The notes beneath the pieces are model-generated. The model was given only the letters and a program-made list of their open reading frames with translations, was not told the DNA's origin and made no database searches. A stretch of DNA of 64,000 nt, from the sequence record LC667451.1; one strand, given 5' to 3'. Shown here piece by piece: positions 29,828 to 37,430 of the stretch (position 1 is its first letter; the number at the start of each line of letters is the position of its first letter). The translations under genes and the position numbers were made by a program.

Positions 29828-30229
29828 TTACTTCGAGAGCGCCTGCGGCATGAGATGCGTCCAGACTGTATTGGCGGCGATCACCACTTCTTCGAGCAAG
29901 GCCTCGACAAAGAGCTCTTCCACGCGACCGTCCTTGTGTAGCCACAGATCGTAGCGCACTTCGTCGTCCGTCTTCTGGTACTCACTCATCGTCACATAGG
30001 GGACTTTCTCACCCATGCGAGTCAGATCCAGGAAACAGAACTGGGTATGCGCCATTTCATCCGGGGTTTCACACACATGCATTGTTTTCAGCTGGACGTT
30101 CGGGAACTCCGAACGAACGGCTAACAGCTTAGCCTGAAGAATTCCCATGATCGCGTAGCCGAACGGATTCGGCACGTTATCAGCCATCGGAACAGTTACG
30201 GGAAGGACAGGGTTCTTACGGGCGCTCAT
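29828..30229 (-). CDS. Hypothetical protein
   Basis: 133 aa, AAGGAG RBS, co-oriented operon context. Confidence 0.65.
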   Translation of the reverse strand: MSARKNPVLPVTVPMADNVPNPFGYAIMGILQAKLLAVRSEFPNVQLKTMHVCETPDEMAHTQFCFLDLTRMGEKVPYVTMSEYQKTDDEVRYDLWLHKDGRVEELFVEALLEEVVIAANTVWTHLMPQALSK

Positions 30230-30261
30230 GCGTCACTTACTCCTTTCAGGGTGGTCTCTGA

Positions 30262-31407
30262 CTAACCCTCGGCTTCGACTTGATGGCCCGAATGCGTCGG
30301 GATCGTGTCGGGCAAGGTGTTCGTCAAATAATACTCTTCCCCATCCAGCAGAAACTGCGCAATCGCTTCGACCCAACGGCCGGGCTGATCTGGTGCGATG
30401 TTTTCCCATGCCCCACGCACGTACCAGCGCTTGACGGTTTCGTTTTGCGCATCGCGCACGTCCGCCGTCCAGGTCGTACCGTAGACGTGAAAGCGGATGT
30501 TGCATTCGCCCGGTGGCAGTTCGAACCCTTCTTCGATCGTTACGTACCATTCCGGCTCTGATTCACGGTCCGGTTGTAGATACAGCTTGGTACTGCCGAC
30601 CTGGTTCACCGAAGGTTCCGTGACTTCAGCCGCGTAACCCACCGACGGGACGGACAGCAAGTAACTGCGCACTAGCAGGGCCACACCACGGCCGATCGGA
30701 TTCGGATCGCCCAGTTCGTACTGATACGTCTTGGCTTCGTCCGTCTGCAGCCAGTTCGCATCGACGTAGAACCCGACGGCTTCCGTTTCACCCAACCAAC
30801 GTTCCAGAATGGTCAGTTCCGGGTCTGCCGCGGGGTCGAGCGCCCTGCCCTGACTGTCCATGATCGAATCCACCCGCAGTTGGGAATCGAACACGCTGAC
30901 ACGACCATCGGCGAGATTGATACTGCCCGAAATGCCCAGTTCAAAACGCACGTACAGATCCTTGCGGACGATGTACTCCAACCCTGCCACGCCCGCGCGT
31001 TCTTCCGGTGTTGTCCAGGTGACGAGTTCCACCATCCCAACCACTAGAGGAATTGACTTCTTGATGATCGTGACGAGGTGGGGTTTGTTGGCGCTGCCGG
31101 GACGGAAGTACGATTCCTCCACGTTCAGGCCGATGTTGGTGTTGACTACCTTCCCCAGTCCCTTGAAGACCAGTGAGATGGTTTCCAGACGTGCGCGTTC
31201 CGGATCGATCGTCCACTTCGAGTCGATCACGTTTTCTTCCAACAGCAGATCGGTCTTGGCCATTTCCAGGAATGGAATGCCTTTACCAAACACCAGCGGA
31301 GCCGACAGAACCGAGCGACCCGCCGTCACCGTTTCGTTCTCCACTGCACCCGGTACTTTGGTGAAGTACTGGGCATTCTCCAAGCTGTATTGCGGTACGA
31401 TTTTCAT
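30262..31407 (-). CDS. Protein whose N-terminal ~218 aa are homologous to the major capsid protein insertion region
   Basis: KIVPQYSLENAQYF aligns with MCP KIIPVYRPEAAANF; TDLLLEENVIDSKWTIDP with TDALLETGMLDSTDAIDP; GFYVDAN with GYDLDAR. Confidence 0.8.
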   Translation of the reverse strand: MKIVPQYSLENAQYFTKVPGAVENETVTAGRSVLSAPLVFGKGIPFLEMAKTDLLLEENVIDSKWTIDPERARLETISLVFKGLGKVVNTNIGLNVEESYFRPGSANKPHLVTIIKKSIPLVVGMVELVTWTTPEERAGVAGLEYIVRKDLYVRFELGISGSINLADGRVSVFDSQLRVDSIMDSQGRALDPAADPELTILERWLGETEAVGFYVDANWLQTDEAKTYQYELGDPNPIGRGVALLVRSYLLSVPSVGYAAEVTEPSVNQVGSTKLYLQPDRESEPEWYVTIEEGFELPPGECNIRFHVYGTTWTADVRDAQNETVKRWYVRGAWENIAPDQPGRWVEAIAQFLLDGEEYYLTNTLPDTIPTHSGHQVEAEG

Positions 31408-31429
31408 GGTTCCTTGTTTCCGTTGTCAC

Positions 31430-31876
31430 TTAGAAGCGAATCACGACGTTACCACCGACGACCTCGATGGTTTTGAGCGGCTCATTCGCTGCTGTGCGTT
31501 GAGCGCGCTCCCAGGCAGCCCGTGTTTCTTCTGGGTCCGGCATGTTCTGGTAGGCCTCGACCTCGTCCGGATATTTTATCAGGCCGTTGTTGGTATCGTA
31601 AATGCGATCCACCGTCTCGACCGTGATATCCATGTCGAAGAAACCCGGATTGCTTTCTTTCATCGCATCGAGTATCGACTTGACTTCCGGCGCCGGAGTG
31701 CTACTGTAGGCATTGGCCGCGTAGTCCAGATTCCGAAAGCCCGCGCCTTCCAGCGCATTGAAAATCACGTCCTGCAAGACAGCACGATCGTCGTCTTTGC
31801 CACCGCTAATCGTGACGCACATGCGATTGTCGTGTACCGCTATGGCATCGACAAACTTATTGACCTTGAGATCCAT
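31430..31876 (-). CDS. Accessory protein, paralog family member
   Basis: GAGGAGG RBS; GFRNL and SILDAMKESNP motifs. Confidence 0.75.
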   Translation of the reverse strand: MDLKVNKFVDAIAVHDNRMCVTISGGKDDDRAVLQDVIFNALEGAGFRNLDYAANAYSSTPAPEVKSILDAMKESNPGFFDMDITVETVDRIYDTNNGLIKYPDEVEAYQNMPDPEETRAAWERAQRTAANEPLKTIEVVGGNVVIRF

Positions 31877-31900
31877 GTTGCCTCCTCAGGCATATGCGGG

Positions 31901-31935
31901 CATAAAAAAAGAAGGCCTGGGAATTACCCCAGGCC
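31901..31935 (-). terminator. Intrinsic terminator
   Basis: GGCCTGGG/CCCAGGCC stem followed on the minus strand by a T run ending in TATGCC. Confidence 0.75.
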
Positions 31936-31949
31936 CCTCGTGGGACGCT

Positions 31950-34013
31950 TTACTTCACCTTACGGATCAGAAATACATCCTGTCCAATCAACCCTTGCGT
32001 GACTTCCAGCAGATGGTCGTCAGCAGTGCGGATCAGATGACGATGGAACAACTCGCCTTCCGTCGCTTCGAAGATGCTACGCGCCAGTTCGTACAACTCC
32101 GGCAGATCGCTCGTGATCATCGAGGCAATCTTGTCCGCCGGATCGAGTTCCAGTTCGAGCTCGACTGCCGCCACATTCAGATACGTGAGCGTGAAGTTGG
32201 CGACGAGATACGTAATCTTCGGCCCCTTGTCCTTCGCGTATTCACGATCCATCAGCAGATTGTCGGTGAGCAGCACCTCTTCTTCTTCCGTGACGAACTC
32301 GGCAAACGCCGCCCGAATATTCTTCACCTGGTTGCCCAGGAAAGCATTCGAGAACGCATCGCCGTAGAACTTCTCGATCGCTCCAGCCACTTCCTCGGCG
32401 TCCTCGACGAACGACGTGATGCGGATGTCCGGAATCGACAGGTTCTGGCTCAACACGCGATTCACCACATCGGTCATGCGCTGGTTGATGGCCTTGTAGA
32501 GCGGCACCGACATCGCGCCTTCCACCGAGAGCATCATCTCGCGCAGTTCCGAGTACGACTTGGCTTCCGCGAACGACTGCAGTGCGCCGCGCTCGTCCGT
32601 CGCAGCGACGAACGGTTCGGCCACTTGCGCCCGGATGCGGAACACATCCGGCACTTGCGAGTCCTTCACCGTTGCCATGCACTTCAGCGTACCCTGCAGC
32701 CATGCCAGGGTTTCCGACGTTTCCAGCACCCATGCATCCTCGATCACCTGCACCAGCGGACGCTTCGGCGGCTCTTCCCCAGCTTCGCCATCGCCCACTT
32801 GCGTCGTCAGTTCCTTCACGCCAGCCTTCACGCGTTTAAGCGATTCGGCGGACTTGGTGGTGTCGACGTTCTTCGGAATACTACCGAAGGTGGTGGGGAG
32901 GCGATGCTTTTCACGGTCCATGGGGGATTCCGTCCTTTCTTTCACAAGCTGGATGACAGCGCCGTCGGGCTGCTGTTGCAGATACATCAGTTGCGTGCGC
33001 GGGTTGTAGGCCAGCGAATACGGCTGGGACAACGACGGCCGCCACTTCAGTTTGGTGGAATCGACATGCTCCGGCTCGTTTTGCACCGGTTTCGTTTCCA
33101 CCTGCTGCAGTGGGGTTGCTGGCACGGTCATCTTGTCGACCTTCTCCGACGGGGCGTTCTTCGGTACCCATGACGAATTCGGGTCCGGCTTGATAGCTGA
33201 CGGCGCATCACCACGAGTCGCGAAACGGTCCGTGTTGAAACGATCCGAACTGCTACCTTCGCTCGAGCCCGCGCCACCACCTGCGCTGAACAGACCCGTG
33301 TTCCCGGTATTCATCCCCGTGAACTGACGCGGTGCTTGACGATTGCCACCGCCGCCCCACGCGCCGCCTTGGTTGCCCATCCCCCAACGACCGCTTTGCT
33401 GCTGACCACCAGCATTCCAACCACCGCCCTGGTTACCACCCCAGCGATTGCCTTGCTGTGCCCAGCCGCCGCCTTGATTCCCACCGCCGAAACCGCCTTG
33501 CATCATCTGCGCATAGACGTTGGACGCCTTGAACTGCGGAATCTCGTTCTGCAATTCCTGCCATATCCGACCAAGATTCTCGACCGTTTGCTGGGCCTGA
33601 ACCGGCGTATCGCTTTGCAGTTGCGGATACTGCAGGATTTGCACCGCGACGAACATTTCCACCATCTTCGGCACGAGCGCTTGTGCTGCTTGCTCCGGAT
33701 TCTGGAACTTGCGATCTGCCAGCGCGAGACAGACCCAATCCGTGACACCCATCACGAGTCCGGCGAAGATCTCGTTCTGGAAGCCATTGCGCGACACCAG
33801 GTTGTAGACGAACATCCGCGGCGGATGACGCGGCGCATTGTCCTGGATATCCATCGCAATTGCGGCAGAGATAACAGGGATCAGATCCCCCATGAACCCT
33901 GGCGCATTGAACTGCGGCACGGTCGGAGGATTGTTGAGCGAGATGCCCTGCAATGGCTGCCTTTCCGCGTTGTACGGGTCTGCAGGCAGCTGACCACCTT
34001 GTAAATTCACCAT
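31950..34013 (-). CDS. Conserved phiKZ-like protein downstream of the nvRNAP subunit, with Gly/Gln/Trp low-complexity linker
   Basis: 687 aa, AAGGA RBS; syntenic position after the RNAP subunit; no catalytic motif recognised. Confidence 0.7.
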   Translation of the reverse strand: MVNLQGGQLPADPYNAERQPLQGISLNNPPTVPQFNAPGFMGDLIPVISAAIAMDIQDNAPRHPPRMFVYNLVSRNGFQNEIFAGLVMGVTDWVCLALADRKFQNPEQAAQALVPKMVEMFVAVQILQYPQLQSDTPVQAQQTVENLGRIWQELQNEIPQFKASNVYAQMMQGGFGGGNQGGGWAQQGNRWGGNQGGGWNAGGQQQSGRWGMGNQGGAWGGGGNRQAPRQFTGMNTGNTGLFSAGGGAGSSEGSSSDRFNTDRFATRGDAPSAIKPDPNSSWVPKNAPSEKVDKMTVPATPLQQVETKPVQNEPEHVDSTKLKWRPSLSQPYSLAYNPRTQLMYLQQQPDGAVIQLVKERTESPMDREKHRLPTTFGSIPKNVDTTKSAESLKRVKAGVKELTTQVGDGEAGEEPPKRPLVQVIEDAWVLETSETLAWLQGTLKCMATVKDSQVPDVFRIRAQVAEPFVAATDERGALQSFAEAKSYSELREMMLSVEGAMSVPLYKAINQRMTDVVNRVLSQNLSIPDIRITSFVEDAEEVAGAIEKFYGDAFSNAFLGNQVKNIRAAFAEFVTEEEEVLLTDNLLMDREYAKDKGPKITYLVANFTLTYLNVAAVELELELDPADKIASMITSDLPELYELARSIFEATEGELFHRHLIRTADDHLLEVTQGLIGQDVFLIRKVK

Positions 34014-34107
34014 GGCGTTGATTCCTTGTTTTTCCTCCGCGAGCGTCCCCGCGGAGTTAGTTTGAAAGATTATAGCTTTTTGAGATTGGCTTGGCCAGCC
34101 AGAGGTC

Positions 34108-35778
34108 CTACTGCTTCAACTTCTGCTGCGTGCTGTCCAGCAACTCAATGAGCCCAGGATCGCGCAACACCACGCCCTTCGCATCGGTGTGCAGATGCGG
34201 ATTCAGACGTGCGTGCCCGGAAGGATCACTCTTTGGCAAGTTCGCATAACCTCCAACCTCGCACACCGAAATGTGGATCTGCTTGGTCGGGTCGCTGATC
34301 GCCGCGTTATCCTTCCGCCCCGTTTGGCGGCTGGAGCTCGTTTGTGGCACCAACTGAGCGGTCGTCTTGAACGCCTTGTTGTCGCCGGGACACGAAATAG
34401 TCGAAACCTCACCGTGCTTCTTGGTGATCGAGTACACCAGACCGGTCCGGAGAGTCTGGTTCATCATGGTCGTGATTTCTTTCGCGTTCAGTTCCTTCTT
34501 CGAAGCGGCCTTCAGCTTGAAGTAGAACTTGTTGATCTGCTTGGTGATTTCATCCAGCACGTAATAGAGGACAGACAACTCCTTGTCGTACATGCTCGAG
34601 ACCTGATCCTGAGCCGCCAGAATCCAGTCCTGGAAGTTCTCGAGAACAATACCGAACAGCTGGTAGATGTCCTCCACCGGCATGCCGATGTCTTTGAACT
34701 TGATCTTCATCACCTCATCGATGTACTCATCCAGACTGCGAATGTGCTCAGCGATGTCGTCCTCGAGCTTACCCTCGTTGATATTGCTCGAGAACAGCAG
34801 ATGCCCCATCAGAATCATCCACAGCGCCTTTTCCCGCGGCTTGGGCTCAGCCAGCGTGCCGATGTACTTCGGCAGGACACGATTCGGGAAGTGGTCGACG
34901 ATATAGAAGAACCCACACACCAGGTTTTTGACCTGTTGCGTGTATTCACTCCGACGGATAGCCAGACGAATCGTCGTGGGCGTGTAGGATTTCAGCGTGT
35001 ACGTCCGAGCCGGCCGCGTATGGGTGTTGGTTTTGACGATCACCCACTCGCTCGGCGGATACTCCGCTTCACTGATGGTGCTCGCATCCCCTACCACCGG
35101 TACCGTGCCTGCAAACTTCTGGAACATTTCGGCGAATCCATACTTACACAGCAAGTAGTGGACGAGCGTCGTGTTCGCCTTGATCACCGGCTTGAGCTTT
35201 TGCATCTTCTGGTTCTTGTTGTACACCAAGGACCAGGCCACGTGAACGGTCTCACGGAAATCACGCCCCGTAACATCGTTCGCGAGGAAATGCTGCTGCT
35301 CGCGCTGGAAGGTCAACTTTGCTCGGATGAGCTTCACGAAGATGGAAGACTCCCCCTTCGAGATCACGCGGTCGGCCAGAATCGGCGAGATCACGAAACG
35401 CGATCCACCGAGGTAAATCACACCAGCGTCGGATACAAAAGGAAGATACATATACCGCTTGATCTCCTCGACCTTGCCGGTCTTGGGATCAGTGTGGCGG
35501 AAGATGTACTTCATCATGTAAATGTCCGACCTAGCCACGTCGAACATTCGCTTGTTGTTTTTCTTACGAGTTGCCTCGTCGAATTCTTCCTGCGGTGTGC
35601 ATCGTTCCCCCTTTACGTAAGTGAAGCCTTCGGGAAAACCCTTCGCCACAGCCCGAAACACGCTGTCCACCCACCCTTCACCATCTTGCATGTGTTTTTG
35701 GGCGAGTCCATTTGCGAGATCCGGATTGAGCTTCGGAGTATGTAAGTCATACAGCCGAGCGAGTTCACGATCTGACAT
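34108..35778 (-). CDS. Non-virion RNA polymerase beta-type subunit (phiKZ gp123-like)
   Basis: TPKLNPDLANGLA, YLPFVSDAG.I...GS.F.ISPILADRVIS and final H.S..EVG.Y..LPK..P.G...LNP motifs; two genes downstream of the MCP, as in phiKZ. Confidence 0.8.
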   Translation of the reverse strand: MSDRELARLYDLHTPKLNPDLANGLAQKHMQDGEGWVDSVFRAVAKGFPEGFTYVKGERCTPQEEFDEATRKKNNKRMFDVARSDIYMMKYIFRHTDPKTGKVEEIKRYMYLPFVSDAGVIYLGGSRFVISPILADRVISKGESSIFVKLIRAKLTFQREQQHFLANDVTGRDFRETVHVAWSLVYNKNQKMQKLKPVIKANTTLVHYLLCKYGFAEMFQKFAGTVPVVGDASTISEAEYPPSEWVIVKTNTHTRPARTYTLKSYTPTTIRLAIRRSEYTQQVKNLVCGFFYIVDHFPNRVLPKYIGTLAEPKPREKALWMILMGHLLFSSNINEGKLEDDIAEHIRSLDEYIDEVMKIKFKDIGMPVEDIYQLFGIVLENFQDWILAAQDQVSSMYDKELSVLYYVLDEITKQINKFYFKLKAASKKELNAKEITTMMNQTLRTGLVYSITKKHGEVSTISCPGDNKAFKTTAQLVPQTSSSRQTGRKDNAAISDPTKQIHISVCEVGGYANLPKSDPSGHARLNPHLHTDAKGVVLRDPGLIELLDSTQQKLKQ

Positions 35779-35825
35779 TGCTTGTGGTCTACTCTAAAAG
35801 TCCAGCATTTGTTCCTCATCTCCAA

Positions 35826-37001
35826 TCAACTGTTCGGCTTCATTAGCTTCATGATGATCGGGATGGCCGCCCCGATACCGACAATGATCGTCGGCAACAT
35901 TTTTACCATCTCACTGCGATCCTTTCTATCCAAGGACCTTTCCTCGTACTTGTCTTTCAGCCTGAGTCGTTCAAGCGCCAATAAATGCTCGGCCCTCGCC
36001 CGCTCCTCTTTCAGTTCCGCCTCGCGTCGGTCCCGAATGAGCTCGGCCTCCTTCGTCCGGGCTTCAGACAGTTTGAGGTCATGCTCTATCTCCGACATCT
36101 CTCGCGAGTGCCGGATCTTTTCCTGTTCCAACTCCCGCTTTAGATGGGTGGTCGCAAACTCAACGTCAGCCAACGCTCGCTTCTGCGCTTGACTGAGATC
36201 ACCCAGACTCCTGGCCTCCTCGAATGTCTTGAAGATGCCATACTTCTCGTGGTCTGGTGCGTCCAATGGAACCCGATTGACGGAGTAACTGCCGCTGAAG
36301 AGCTCGCCTTCATCGGGGTCACTACTGCCAATATAGATCCCATCTCGTCGTGTCACGTCTCGTTTCGTGCGAATCCGATACACTTGGTTCGCAATGTTGA
36401 CAAATCGATCACCGAACCGCCCGGTGTTGTCGACAATCTCCACGCAATAGCCGAAACTTTCCCCGCCTACCTTAACAGGAGTGTCCTCCATCATTTTGAT
36501 ATTTCGCCCTGCCTCGCTGTACGGATGCAACGGTACGAAGCTAGGGTTCAGCATTGACACCAGATAGTCAGTTTCGTGATGATACACGCTCTGACCATGT
36601 TGTCGCAGTTGATCCAAAGTGATGGGGTGGTCCAGTATTAAATTCGCTCGGGCATAAAGCCCGAACGTTTTGTCGGACTCAGCAAGCGCTGCCTTCAGCC
36701 TCTGCAGCACGATTGGTGAGCTGTCATCGACTACATCTAATACCGCCCTCACGTTTTCTTTTACTTCTGCCGCGATTTGAAACTCTTGGCGAATGATGAA
36801 GTCACGACTACGGAACGATTGTTTGGGCGGAATCGTCACCTTGAGGCCGGATCGCTGAACAACTGTGATCGCGTACGTAGTCGCATTGATGAAGCTTTGC
36901 CTACACGTGGCGAAGATCGGATCGCTCCAAGCCTCGCCCATTGCCGAGCCCAACGTCACATCTCCAAAGAACGTCGGACTGTTCGGTGGTGGATAAGACA
37001 T
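35826..37001 (-). CDS. Conserved phiKZ-like protein between MCP and nvRNAP subunit
   Basis: 391 aa with C-terminal charged coiled coil and hydrophobic tail; preceded by a TATATTAC promoter. Confidence 0.7.
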   Translation of the reverse strand: MSYPPPNSPTFFGDVTLGSAMGEAWSDPIFATCRQSFINATTYAITVVQRSGLKVTIPPKQSFRSRDFIIRQEFQIAAEVKENVRAVLDVVDDSSPIVLQRLKAALAESDKTFGLYARANLILDHPITLDQLRQHGQSVYHHETDYLVSMLNPSFVPLHPYSEAGRNIKMMEDTPVKVGGESFGYCVEIVDNTGRFGDRFVNIANQVYRIRTKRDVTRRDGIYIGSSDPDEGELFSGSYSVNRVPLDAPDHEKYGIFKTFEEARSLGDLSQAQKRALADVEFATTHLKRELEQEKIRHSREMSEIEHDLKLSEARTKEAELIRDRREAELKEERARAEHLLALERLRLKDKYEERSLDRKDRSEMVKMLPTIIVGIGAAIPIIMKLMKPNS

Positions 37002-37076
37002 ACTGGGACTCCAACTGCTAGTGTTAAGCCAGGTACTTCGTATCCTGACTGGCCTATTCGTGATGCTGCCAAGTTA

Positions 37077-37084
37077 GTAATATA
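37077..37084 (-). promoter_or_regulatory. phiKZ-type early promoter core TATATTAC
   Basis: Minus strand reads ATTCAAACA-TATATTAC, an exact match to the published phiKZ early motif; intergenic and upstream of the RNAP operon. Confidence 0.7.
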
Positions 37085-37111
37085 TGTTTGAATCTACTTT
37101 TGATACAAGGG

Positions 37112-37142
37112 CATAAACCGAGGCCTAGGCCTCGGCGCTATG
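37112..37142. terminator. CATA-palindrome-TATG element
   Basis: Perfect 18-bp palindrome CCGAGGCCT|AGGCCTCGG at 37118-37135. Confidence 0.65.
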
Positions 37143-37303
37143 ACGGCATAATCCGAAGAGCGGACGACACTGGTGAGGTGTCGTCCGTCTTACGTAGCAC
37201 TACAAGAAGTTCCGTTGCCGGTTCTCCTCAATAGATAACAGATTGAGGTAAGAATTTACACCCAGCAATTCTGACAGGGTACCCTCACCCTTTGACTTGA
37301 CGG

Positions 37304-37340
37304 CATAAAAGGCTCTTCCCAGGTCCCCCCAGGAAGAGCC
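37304..37340 (-). terminator. Terminator downstream of the MCP gene
   Basis: GGCTCTTCC/GGAAGAGCC stem followed on the minus strand by TTTTATGCCGTC. Confidence 0.7.
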
Positions 37341-37430
37341 TCCAGCCCCAACAGCTGCACCCTTGGCAACGGGTTAACCTGGATAGACTTTGAATCCATC
37401 CAGGTCAGTTACTTCTACCAAGCGGGTCCT

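Noticed and set aside
37138-37215. 25-codon minus-strand frame starting at ACG after a GAGGAG
   Set aside because: Non-standard start codon, very short, and it runs through terminator hairpins; no supporting evidence.
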